A DNA stretch of 64,000 nt from the NCBI GenBank assembly GCA_964347045.1, contig CAYFXC010000002.1, positions 96,001 to 160,000 on the forward strand, in the 5' to 3' direction. Of the stretch, positions 48,564 through 57,661 are shown one piece after another (positions within the stretch are counted from its first letter, which is position 1; every line of letters starts with the position of its first letter). The stretch comes from an uncultured archaeon. Lineage in GTDB: Archaea > Asgardarchaeota > Hermodarchaeia > Hermodarchaeales > Hermodarchaeaceae. The notes below the pieces were generated by a model, which saw only the letters and a list, made by a program, of their open reading frames with translations, had not been told where the DNA came from and did not search any database. A program made the position numbers and the translations under genes.

Positions 48564-49961
48564 ATGGCAATTGCTTCTGAGGAGTTCCTAGATAGGGTGG
48601 AAAACCGTATTCTGAACCGTTTGGTTCCCCAGGAAAGGAGTCCTGTTAGGAGCCTGTTACAGAATGTGATAATTCTAATTAAACGTGTTAGGGGCCAACA
48701 ACTAAGTGAGGATGAAAGAGTATATCCACTACATCCTCTTTTAGCTGTTATCGGTCAAAAAGCAGGAGAGATGACGCTACAAACCCTTCTTTATCGATTA
48801 CATCTAGTTGACAGATATGAATTTAATAAATCAAAGGATATTATTAGTGTTCTAACTCGAAAAATTCCCATTGGAATTAACGAATCATTATCAGCTCGCA
48901 AAGCCCAAATTCTTTGGCATTTATTCCAAAATCCTTCACTCCCCAAATATCAATTAGCCAAGGAACTAGGCACAACACCACGCACCATATCAAAAGAATT
49001 AACTGAATTGCATCAGGATTTGGCGTTTAACATTTGGACAACGCTTGATGCTCATAAATTCCATTTTGTTGTGAAAACCATTATATTCAGAACACGATCA
49101 ATAGAACACACAAAACGGCTGGAGAATTTCATTTCTAAAGGACAAGGATTTCTCCGCACATTTCATCTTGATCAAGATATACGAAGCGGTGAAATTGTTT
49201 ATCGATATCCTGATCAACCAGAAGCCCATAAGATGTTTAAAGAGCGATATCGTTGGCTTCAAGATGAGTTCTTTATCGAATCTCATTTAGTTCAAATTCT
49301 TGGGTTATTCCAATCGATTTCGCTTGAGACATATAATCCAGCAACGAATTCCTTTTCAATTGAACCGGAAATAGTCTCAGAAGCACCGTTCGGCTACTTT
49401 AAAGGGCATCTTGATACACTCCCCCAACCTCAGGGAATAGACTACACACAACCATTTAGGTTCGACAAAGCAGATTTTCTTTTAGCTGATACCCTATATT
49501 CATCTGGACCTTTTAGGAAATCCGATTACAAACGAAATCTTTTGAACCGACATGGTATCAACTACTCAATGAAAACAGTCTGGAAGAAAGAACAACGACT
49601 TCGAAGAGAGAATGCCGCAATTCCAATGATTGATCTACAAATTCCAGGTTTTGACGAAGATTTACTCTTTGTTGTGTTTTGTACACCAGACGCAACTAAG
49701 TCGATTCATGCGATCTCAGCATTTCTTCCATTTGTTATGACTTTTAACACAGATTCAGGCTGTTTTTTGAGAATCCAACGTCCAATTCATACATCTACTC
49801 TTACGGGACAGCTGATTCGTAAAATCAATCATCAAAAAGGAGTTTTTGATGTAAAATTGCTTCGTTTTCAATGGAGAATCCAGATGCCGATATTACCGAA
49901 AATTGTTGATTGCTGGAATATCGAGGAACAGAAATGGTTGATACAGGAAGACGCCATTTGA
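48564..49961 (+). CDS. Large tandem Lrp-like wHTH regulator with uncharacterised N-terminal domain (paralog 1)
   Basis: LSARKAQILWHLFQNPSLPKYQLAKELG; aligns along its length with 49965 and 55101. Confidence 0.7.
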   Translation: MAIASEEFLDRVENRILNRLVPQERSPVRSLLQNVIILIKRVRGQQLSEDERVYPLHPLLAVIGQKAGEMTLQTLLYRLHLVDRYEFNKSKDIISVLTRKIPIGINESLSARKAQILWHLFQNPSLPKYQLAKELGTTPRTISKELTELHQDLAFNIWTTLDAHKFHFVVKTIIFRTRSIEHTKRLENFISKGQGFLRTFHLDQDIRSGEIVYRYPDQPEAHKMFKERYRWLQDEFFIESHLVQILGLFQSISLETYNPATNSFSIEPEIVSEAPFGYFKGHLDTLPQPQGIDYTQPFRFDKADFLLADTLYSSGPFRKSDYKRNLLNRHGINYSMKTVWKKEQRLRRENAAIPMIDLQIPGFDEDLLFVVFCTPDATKSIHAISAFLPFVMTFNTDSGCFLRIQRPIHTSTLTGQLIRKINHQKGVFDVKLLRFQWRIQMPILPKIVDCWNIEEQKWLIQEDAI

Positions 49962-49964
49962 GCT

Positions 49965-51404
49965 ATGGAGGAAGGTCAAATAATGACACGCGGGAAAAGA
50001 CAGCTCAAACAAAAAGAGGATATCACTCAAGAGTTTATTGAACGTATCATTACCCGTTCTAGACCAGAAGACGATCACGAGGAACTGCGGATTTTTCTTA
50101 CTAATGTGCGTCTATTCATTAAGCGTGTTGAAGGTTTCGATTTAACTGAGGATGAAAAAGAATATCCGCCTCATTCACAATTCACACATCATACCTTGAG
50201 GAAGGGACGAAGTACAGCGGACGGTTTGAAGTATCGATTGAGAACAATTGACCGATACAAGATAACCAACGTCCAACAAATAATCAACATAATAGCATCA
50301 ACCGCGGTTTCAAGTCCAAAAGGAAAATTAACTCTCCGACAGATACAGATAATCCAAGAACTACACAAAAACCCCCTATTACCTCAATACGAACTCGTAC
50401 AGCGACTCTCTACAACTTCCTCAATCATTCGGAACGAACTAAAATTTCTTCGGCGACGTTTTTCGATGGGCATAATTAACAATTTAGATTACAATAAATT
50501 CAAGTTAGGACTATTTGAGATTGATTTTCGCACCATGTCCTTAGATGCCTCTGAAAAACTTGAAATGCATTATCGACGAACTCCACCTCCATTTCTACGA
50601 CGGATTAGTTTTGACCATAACTACCGCGATGGTTTCATTCACTATTTAATTCCAGATCAACCTTCGAGCCATCAAAAGCTTGCTGAACGGATTGCTTGGT
50701 TAAACTCAAACTTCTTACAGGAATCGGCTTGTTTTCGAACACATGGTTTTCGAGTTGACTTGTCATTTGAAAATTACAATATTCCCACCGGAACTTGGAT
50801 GCTTGATGCAAATACATTTTCAGTCGACATGTTAGAATTCCTATCTCGTCAAAAACGTGATCAACCCCAACCGCGGGAACGTACATACACGAATCCGATT
50901 CACTTTGATAGGGTTGACTATATTCTTGCGTCTACCCCCTATCTTTTTGGAGAAAAGCAGCGTATTGAAGTTCGACAAAAGGTGTTAAAACGCCACGGGT
51001 ACACAATATCCAAGAAAACGATTTGGAACCGTGAAAAGAAATTACAGCAGGCAGATGTTTTTTATCCGTCAGTTTGGTATGATTCCCCTGAGTTGGAGGA
51101 GCTTGTGAAATTCACTATAAACTGTACAAATAATGCACTCGAAAAGATTTACCGTCTTATTTCCATCCTACCATACACTTATTCGGTGCCAACGGACGTC
51201 GGTGTGACCTTCACGTTCCAACGACCGAGTCGATGTTCTTCGATAACTGGATTATTAACGAAAGCGTTTGACAAAATTGATGGAGTCTCAAATATTTGGG
51301 TGATCCGATATGAGCCTACATTCAGTCCACAGTTGTTTACCCAAGTTGTAGATCGATGGGATGAAAGTCATCAACGTTGGTTACTACAAAAAGGCGACAT
51401 TTAA
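49965..51404 (+). CDS. Large tandem Lrp-like wHTH regulator (paralog 2)
   Basis: LTLRQIQIIQELHKNPLLPQYELVQRL; PDQ, FDRVDY, C-terminal W-x6-W. Confidence 0.7.
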   Translation: MEEGQIMTRGKRQLKQKEDITQEFIERIITRSRPEDDHEELRIFLTNVRLFIKRVEGFDLTEDEKEYPPHSQFTHHTLRKGRSTADGLKYRLRTIDRYKITNVQQIINIIASTAVSSPKGKLTLRQIQIIQELHKNPLLPQYELVQRLSTTSSIIRNELKFLRRRFSMGIINNLDYNKFKLGLFEIDFRTMSLDASEKLEMHYRRTPPPFLRRISFDHNYRDGFIHYLIPDQPSSHQKLAERIAWLNSNFLQESACFRTHGFRVDLSFENYNIPTGTWMLDANTFSVDMLEFLSRQKRDQPQPRERTYTNPIHFDRVDYILASTPYLFGEKQRIEVRQKVLKRHGYTISKKTIWNREKKLQQADVFYPSVWYDSPELEELVKFTINCTNNALEKIYRLISILPYTYSVPTDVGVTFTFQRPSRCSSITGLLTKAFDKIDGVSNIWVIRYEPTFSPQLFTQVVDRWDESHQRWLLQKGDI

Positions 51405-51414
51405 TCCGTATAGC

Positions 51415-52317
51415 TCATTTGTGTGAAGCGTGGATTATTGTGTAGAAATGGTCAACGAGTTGTTCGGCAATATTGATTTCAGTAACTTGCTGTAAACCTT
51501 GCCAGCCGCTACTACTATTAACTTCAGTGACAACAGGTCCGTTCTTTGTTTCTAATATGTCAACGCCAGTATAAGCTAACCCAATCGTTTCCGCACATTT
51601 TTCTGCGATATCGGCAAGCCCGGGTGAAAGGTGAAGGGGTTTGGGCTCGGCTCCTTGTCGGAGAGTTGTTTTCCAGTTATCCCCAACACGAGTCATTGCA
51701 GCAATGGCTTTATTTCCTATGACAAAAACACGGATATCCCGATTCCCGTGCTCAAGATATTCTTGGACATACATGACATATCGACTTGCCTCAAGCGCTC
51801 GAAACACTCTTCGGGCAATTTCATGATCAGTTATTCGAGTCATTCCTACACCACCGGACCCGAAAAGTGGTTTTACCACGATATCTTTGTATCGTCGAAA
51901 GGCGTGGAGTGCATCACGCGCATATTGAGTAATTGTTGTTGAAGGAACAGGGATTCCAGCTAATTCAAGTAAACGTAGAGTATAGTACTTGTCCACAGCT
52001 TTTTCGATGGCATGAGGGCGATTCATAAAAGGAATACCAAGGCGTTCGAGGCAGTGAAGAGTATCCATTCGCAAAATTACTTGCTCTAGGGATCCGCCGG
52101 GAACAGCCCGAGTGAACACGCCTTCAAGGGTGGTTAAATCTTCTCTTTTGAACTGAACACGAGGACGTTTTCCTCCAACTCTGACGATGGTTTCGGTTAC
52201 ATCGAATACGACGCATTTTGTGTCTCGTCTCTGAATCTCACTAACAAGACGACTTGTCTCCCAGCCTTCAGGTTCCGTTGAAGCAACACCCACCCGACGA
52301 ACTCTCCTTCGCAACAT
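51415..52317 (-). CDS. RimK-family ATP-grasp glutamate ligase (MptN/CofF-like)
   Basis: GGSLEQVILRMDTLH, DKYYT, VVKPLFGS, DIRVFVIG, EVNS; adjacent to cofE. Confidence 0.9.
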   Translation of the reverse strand: MLRRRVRRVGVASTEPEGWETSRLVSEIQRRDTKCVVFDVTETIVRVGGKRPRVQFKREDLTTLEGVFTRAVPGGSLEQVILRMDTLHCLERLGIPFMNRPHAIEKAVDKYYTLRLLELAGIPVPSTTITQYARDALHAFRRYKDIVVKPLFGSGGVGMTRITDHEIARRVFRALEASRYVMYVQEYLEHGNRDIRVFVIGNKAIAAMTRVGDNWKTTLRQGAEPKPLHLSPGLADIAEKCAETIGLAYTGVDILETKNGPVVTEVNSSSGWQGLQQVTEINIAEQLVDHFYTIIHASHK

Positions 52318-52320
52318 GTT

Positions 52321-53103
52321 TCACCTTCGAAAAATATCTCGTTCTTCTTCCCGAATAAGGATCTTTGCTGATCCTTTGCCCTTCTCATAGCGGTATCCGC
52401 GAATCACAATAACCGCATTTCCTTCATCAGCCTCACCCATTAGTAATTCTGCGGCAGAGGCTAGTTCATCAGCAATAGCAACTTTTGTGCTTCGTAATTC
52501 ATATCCAAAGAGATCGGTTAGACCGACATAACTTTTCATGGGGATGAGGCCGGCGATTCCAATTGCGACATTAATGGCACCATCTCGGAATGGTCGCCCA
52601 TGGGTATCGGAAATTATAACACCAACATCTATTCCCAAACACGCTTTGATTGTACTCCGAATTTTTTCCGCAGAAGCGTCAGGGTTTTGTGGAAGCAGCG
52701 TCACACAATCGGGGTTCGGAACATTCGATGAATCGATGCCCGCATTTGCACAAACATAGCCATGGTGAGTTTCTACTATGAGATGCCCTTGCTCAGCTCG
52801 TACCACTTTGCGTGATGCTTGTAAAATTACCTCAACAAGTTCAGGACGTTTGTCCAACTTCTTAGCAAGTTCTTTAGCCTCCGAGGAGGGCGTAACAGTT
52901 GAAAGGTTGATAGTTCGCCCTTCAGCACGAGATATTATTGTTTGTGCGATAACTAAGATGTCGCCGTTTACAATTGCGAATCCACTTTTCTTACTTGCTT
53001 CAATAATTTTAGCGCCAACATCATCGCCTACTTTGATAATTTCTAAACGGGGTAAGGAATGGACGGAATATGATAATGAATCACTTGGTTTAGATGAAGG
53101 CAT
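52321..53103 (-). CDS. cofE: Coenzyme F420-0:L-glutamate ligase
   Basis: ISRAEGR, HGYVCANAGIDSSN, SDTHGRPFR, ADELASAA.L.MGE. Confidence 0.95.
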   Translation of the reverse strand: MPSSKPSDSLSYSVHSLPRLEIIKVGDDVGAKIIEASKKSGFAIVNGDILVIAQTIISRAEGRTINLSTVTPSSEAKELAKKLDKRPELVEVILQASRKVVRAEQGHLIVETHHGYVCANAGIDSSNVPNPDCVTLLPQNPDASAEKIRSTIKACLGIDVGVIISDTHGRPFRDGAINVAIGIAGLIPMKSYVGLTDLFGYELRSTKVAIADELASAAELLMGEADEGNAVIVIRGYRYEKGKGSAKILIREEERDIFRR

Positions 53104-53253
53104 GTTCGAGTCGTTCGGGATTCCGTTTTTCCAGCTTAAGAGTTTGCCGACTCGAAAGATGACGCCCGAAGGAAAGCTATAAAGACGAGAACCACTGCAG
53201 CAATCTTATCATCTAACCAATGCCATTGATCTAATGCTTCGAGTGTGCAAAGT

Positions 53254-53862
53254 ATGCATGATAAATTCATTAAATACCATGTTCAAAAGGGTCAACTGGT
53301 TCGGGTTCCCCGAGACTACGAGAACGAGTTTGGGACAGGAGATGTGTATCTGGTAGATACCGGACCCATCATCTATTCTTGGATTGGAAAAAAGTCGTCT
53401 CCTGATGATCGGTTCATTGGAGCCATTACCTCTGTTTGGAAAGACCATGATCGAAAGGGAGCTGCGAAACTTGTGACTGTGAATGAGGGCGAGGAATCTA
53501 AAGAATTCTTGGAGCTCTTCCAGGGAAACATCATAATTACAGAACAAGATACTGAGGGAATTTTGAAACGGATAGCTCTCAAGCAACGCGACTTTAAGCT
53601 CTTCCGGGTCCACATTGAGGGCGAACTGAACATGTATTATGAAGTGGACCGATCTAAAGAATCCCTTACAACGGATGATGTCTTCCTTTTGGATACCTAT
53701 AATAAAATCTACATTTGGCGAGGGCGAGAAGCTACAGCCTTCGAACGATGGGAAGCAATGCACATCGCAGAATTGTATGATTCTCAACGCACGGGGCATC
53801 AAGAAATCATCATCGTGGAAGAAGATAGTGAGCCTAAAGAATTCTTCAAGCATCTCAAATGA
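53254..53862 (+). CDS. Two-domain gelsolin-like protein (Asgard 2DGel type)
   Basis: Two repeats: GDVYLVDTG..IYSWIGKKS..EGEESKEF and DDVFLLDTY..IYIWRGREA..EEDSEPKEF. Confidence 0.9.
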   Translation: MHDKFIKYHVQKGQLVRVPRDYENEFGTGDVYLVDTGPIIYSWIGKKSSPDDRFIGAITSVWKDHDRKGAAKLVTVNEGEESKEFLELFQGNIIITEQDTEGILKRIALKQRDFKLFRVHIEGELNMYYEVDRSKESLTTDDVFLLDTYNKIYIWRGREATAFERWEAMHIAELYDSQRTGHQEIIIVEEDSEPKEFFKHLK

Positions 53863-53886
53863 GACACATAAAAATTGGTGGAGTTA

Positions 53887-54058
53887 ACCAAGAAGGGGGA
53901 AGAAATCCCAGTTTTATAATAATACAGTAGGCCCCAAAGCCCTTCTTGGTCAGTTCCCCGCTGGTCTTTTTCTACCAATTCCTGATGGTGCCGGTTTAAC
54001 CCAGCTGAACTCTGCCCCGATGCAGGCGAGAGACAACGGGGCAGAGCCATATGACTGG
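53887..54058 (-). ncRNA. Putative structured 3' RNA of locus C
   Basis: Perfect IRs CTCTGCCCCG/CGGGGCAGAG (54010-19/54037-46) and ACCAAGAAGGG/CCCTTCTTGGT (53887-97/53940-50). Confidence 0.5.
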
Positions 54059-54406
54059 TTAAGTGGCTTCATCGAGGACTAGGCTAACAAATTGCCCCAA
54101 TCGACCGGTGTGCTGGATGGCTTTGATGAGTCGAGCCTCGTGCGACGCTTTTTTGACGAGAAGATGATTCTCGCGGACGACAGCGAGTTCCGTAAGAAGG
54201 TCATAGAGCCGACGTAGTTCCATACGGTCGACTTGCTGAGAAAGGCGTTCCAGGAGGCGGAACACGTCGTTCAGTGCAACCTTCTCGAGCTGGACAAGGT
54301 TGTCCGTGACATTTCGCGACCGCAAATAGGATCGGGCCAAGCGTAAAACTGGGTCGCTTTTGTCTTCTGTCCCTGTGGTCACGGCAATTCCCCTCAGTGT
54401 CGCCAT
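54059..54406 (-). CDS. 115-aa helical hypothetical protein C2 (MATLRG...SLVLDEAT)
   Basis: ATG 1 nt after the C1 stop with GGGGGTG SD; C-terminus resembles the peptide family. Confidence 0.7.
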   Translation of the reverse strand: MATLRGIAVTTGTEDKSDPVLRLARSYLRSRNVTDNLVQLEKVALNDVFRLLERLSQQVDRMELRRLYDLLTELAVVRENHLLVKKASHEARLIKAIQHTGRLGQFVSLVLDEAT

Positions 54407-54407
54407 A

Positions 54408-54671
54408 CTAAGCACCCCCAACGCTGGCGACGCTTGAGACTTCGCTACCATTCGGTTCAACGCGGACGCGAACTCCGCTAGGAGTTGCCTCAACGATGAG
54501 CCGACCAGTTAGACCGCAGGTATCCTTGACTAATTCTATTAGCAAGGTACCTATCGCTCCAATTTCTCGGAGGTTTTCACACCCCGTCTTCGGGGTAATA
54601 TCGATATCGAATGGATAGGCATCCTTGACGCCAATCATTCGCTGGGTTTCTTCCATCAGTTCTGTAGCCAC
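54408..54671 (-). CDS. 87-aa hypothetical protein C1 (MATELMEE...)
   Basis: GTG after AAAGGTGGAG SD; coupled to C2. Confidence 0.65.
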   Translation of the reverse strand: MATELMEETQRMIGVKDAYPFDIDITPKTGCENLREIGAIGTLLIELVKDTCGLTGRLIVEATPSGVRVRVEPNGSEVSSVASVGGA

Positions 54672-55100
54672 TTTTATCTCCACCTTTCTAAACACAACTG
54701 GGAAAAACGAGAGAACGTGAAACCGATACTAATGCATTCAAGGGACAACTGAGAAAGCCAAACTCAGATTAGTCGTATGCTAGTACGGGAACGGATTCGT
54801 CTTGTAGGGGGGATCCATTGTTCGGTTTTCACTTCCGGGCTGTTTTTCCCTTGGCGAGTGTGTTTGCTGGAATCTATTACAATCAATGGGCACAAGCCTT
54901 TAAGTAGCCCTTTATGAAGCGTGTAACGGAGCTGACAAAAAAGCCATTTTAGCCAAAAAAAGCAGCCAAAGCGTAGGATGGACTTTAAACTCATAAACGA
55001 GAATGCATTTTCGCAAACAAGAATTAAGTCATCCTGTTCAAAACAGTAATTTCGTCAAAAGGAAACTTTTTATGCCAGTTTCTTTCTTTCTGACGATGGT

Positions 55101-56537
55101 GTGGCGCGCGTGGCATCTGCTATCGAAGCATCCGATTTGCTCTCCACCTTGAAACATAACATGCATGAATCCATGCGCCCAAGTGAAGAACTTTTCCAAA
55201 TTGAGTGTCTGATAGATAACCTAAGAGTGTTTGCAAAAAGGTCAAGGGGGATTCCTCTTAGTGAAGACGATCACAGGATTCAACCTCACCCTGAATTTGA
55301 TGGAATGACTGTAGTACCTCGCGAAAGAACATACAACTCCCTACTCCGTCGTCTGAAAGTATTACTCCGGTTCAACATAACTTCTTACGAAAAAGTTTCT
55401 CGGGATTTGTTACAGGGACTGGTTTCGGATGAAACTGACCGGCTGACCGGTAGAGAAATTCGACTAATGTCTTTACTTTATCAACGCCCAAATACTCCTC
55501 AAGCACAAATGGCAAAGGAATTAAAAATAAGCTTGCCCACGATGCGAAAAGACATTCGAACACTTGAAGAAAAAATCGGCCTTCGTTTTGCTAATCTAGT
55601 TGACTGGGGACGTTTCAAGCTACGCCATTATGGTATTTTCTTTATTTCCATGGGAGTTGATGCATCTCGACGCCTTGAAAAAATCTTCAATGAAGAGATG
55701 TCAACATATCTTACATCGGCTGTGTTTGACACAACATTACTGCGAGGTTTTGTGGGATTTAGACTTCCAGATCAGGGTCGACCACTTCAGCTTTTTTATG
55801 AGCAGGTTGAAATTTTGAAAGAGAATTTCTTTGAAGTTTGCCAGGTGCATGAGATAAAGCAATATTACCAAGCAATTTGCTTTGATCATTTTGACTACGA
55901 AACCGGCTCATGGCTCATTGAAGGAGATGTTTCTACCTTAGGTCTTCTGAATTTTGTTCGAGAGAATTGGACTGTTCTTCCGAAGCCACGAGGATTATCG
56001 AACACTTTAGCACGATCATTCGATCAGCTTGACTATTATTTGGCTTCATTTCTGGTAGGCGATGGTCGGGCACAAATGAAAAAAATTCAAAATAGGTTGC
56101 GTTCCGTGAATATTGATGCTCCTCGAACAACTGTCTCGACCCGGAAGAGCCGACTTTTAAAGGAGAGAACTCTTGAACCCTATTTTGTATTTGGTACACC
56201 ACAACTACCGTTTTTCATTACATTTGCAGTCGAATGTGAGCCATATATTGCTGAACAGCTGGCTGTGGGAGTAGCCCAAATGCCGATGTCATTCGCTACG
56301 ATATCTAATATTGGTTGCGTTGTAAATGTGAGTGTTCCATCTCGGAATCTTGGTCAAATTCTTAATCTTCTCTCCCTCACTCGCGAAGAAGAGGCCGTGA
56401 ATGAGATCTGGCAAATGCAACAATACCGCAATATTGGCTCAGTCGACCCAGCCCAACTTGCTTCTAAGTGGAATGGATCATATTGGAATTGGTCTGAAGA
56501 AGAATTTGCCATTCCGTCGTTGGGTTTGGAGCATTAG
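55101..56537 (+). CDS. Large tandem Lrp-like wHTH regulator (paralog 3), divergent from locus C
   Basis: LTGREIRLMSLLYQRPNTPQAQMAKELKISLPTMRKDI; PDQ, FDQLDY. Confidence 0.7.
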   Translation: MARVASAIEASDLLSTLKHNMHESMRPSEELFQIECLIDNLRVFAKRSRGIPLSEDDHRIQPHPEFDGMTVVPRERTYNSLLRRLKVLLRFNITSYEKVSRDLLQGLVSDETDRLTGREIRLMSLLYQRPNTPQAQMAKELKISLPTMRKDIRTLEEKIGLRFANLVDWGRFKLRHYGIFFISMGVDASRRLEKIFNEEMSTYLTSAVFDTTLLRGFVGFRLPDQGRPLQLFYEQVEILKENFFEVCQVHEIKQYYQAICFDHFDYETGSWLIEGDVSTLGLLNFVRENWTVLPKPRGLSNTLARSFDQLDYYLASFLVGDGRAQMKKIQNRLRSVNIDAPRTTVSTRKSRLLKERTLEPYFVFGTPQLPFFITFAVECEPYIAEQLAVGVAQMPMSFATISNIGCVVNVSVPSRNLGQILNLLSLTREEEAVNEIWQMQQYRNIGSVDPAQLASKWNGSYWNWSEEEFAIPSLGLEH

Positions 56538-56610
56538 ACTGAGATTGCGAAAGGATTTTGTCTGCCCGTATTTATTCTATGACTCCTTTCTGTGATAGGT
56601 GGTGTAAATC

Positions 56611-57639
56611 ATTAGCAGTAGCATTGTTTTCCGGGAAGGCGATTTTGTTGAAACTACCGAGGGGTTGATTTTTGATGTGAAGGGAGTAGTTCATCCACCG
56701 GATAGAGTGATTGCATTCTTACGATATTATCCTTCACCAAATGGGAAACGGGAAAGAGATGGACAACGGTATGACAAAGTATATCATTTGGCAGAGCGTT
56801 TTGATTATCTTAAGCAATATTATTCTCAGTATCTTTATGAGGATGCGATATTTGGACGAGAGCTTCAAGGAATTCCTCACTCTTTTGTAAAAAAAATTTA
56901 CCGGCCTAAGGAAAGTCTTGTAAAGTTGAGGGAATTAGAGAAACGGGATTCGTTGCAGCAAGATGTTGTGACCTTTACAGAAATGATAGAAGAGGCAGCC
57001 CGAATACCATCTAAATCACTAGGCGTTTCAGGAAGTATTCAGGTGGATCTACATGGACCAGCTTCAGATATTGATTTAATTGTATATGGTCGTAGAAATG
57101 CAAGATCGTTACAACTAGCATTACGTCGGGCGCATATGGTTCCCGAAGAAGGAATTTCTGCTTATCGGCTAGACACCTATCAACCTGTGTATAATCTTCG
57201 GTGGAGTGGAACAGGGATCCCGATTGATACTATGCTTTTGGTGGATGGCTTGAAGTCAATGCATGGGATTTTTGGCGGGCATCATTATTTCATCAGAGCG
57301 GTGTTGAGTTGGGATGAGGTGCATGAAAAATATGGTGACCTAATTTATCGGCAATTGGGTCATGCCCGAGCACGATGTATGGTTACAGATGACCGTGATG
57401 GTTTATTTACGCCATGTCGTTATGAAATTGATGACGTGACCTTTCTGAAAGGAACGAAAGCAAAAAACGTTCGTGAAATTGTAAGTTTTCGAGGGCGATT
57501 TGCTGAGCATGTGCGGCAAGATGAGGAAGTCATTGTGCAAGGTGCATTGGAAAGTGTCGAACATGGCAATGAGAAATGGACGCGGTTTTTACTAGGAGAT
57601 ACTCCAACAGATATCTTATTACCCAATAGTTTGCTTTGA
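56611..57639 (+). CDS. Predicted archaeal nucleotidyltransferase (COG1665-like); probable ATT/ATC start
   Basis: REGDFVET.EGLIFDVKG..HPPDR; GVSGS...SDIDLIVYG. Confidence 0.85.
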   Translation: MSSSIVFREGDFVETTEGLIFDVKGVVHPPDRVIAFLRYYPSPNGKRERDGQRYDKVYHLAERFDYLKQYYSQYLYEDAIFGRELQGIPHSFVKKIYRPKESLVKLRELEKRDSLQQDVVTFTEMIEEAARIPSKSLGVSGSIQVDLHGPASDIDLIVYGRRNARSLQLALRRAHMVPEEGISAYRLDTYQPVYNLRWSGTGIPIDTMLLVDGLKSMHGIFGGHHYFIRAVLSWDEVHEKYGDLIYRQLGHARARCMVTDDRDGLFTPCRYEIDDVTFLKGTKAKNVREIVSFRGRFAEHVRQDEEVIVQGALESVEHGNEKWTRFLLGDTPTDILLPNSLL

Positions 57640-57661
57640 GTAATATGTTGGTGGTATTGGG

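Noticed and set aside
51415-52317. ATP-grasp ligase as a RiPP-modifying enzyme for the peptides
   Set aside because: It is coupled to cofE and has MptN/RimK-like motifs, so cofactor glutamylation is the simpler explanation; the peptides also lack graspetide core motifs.
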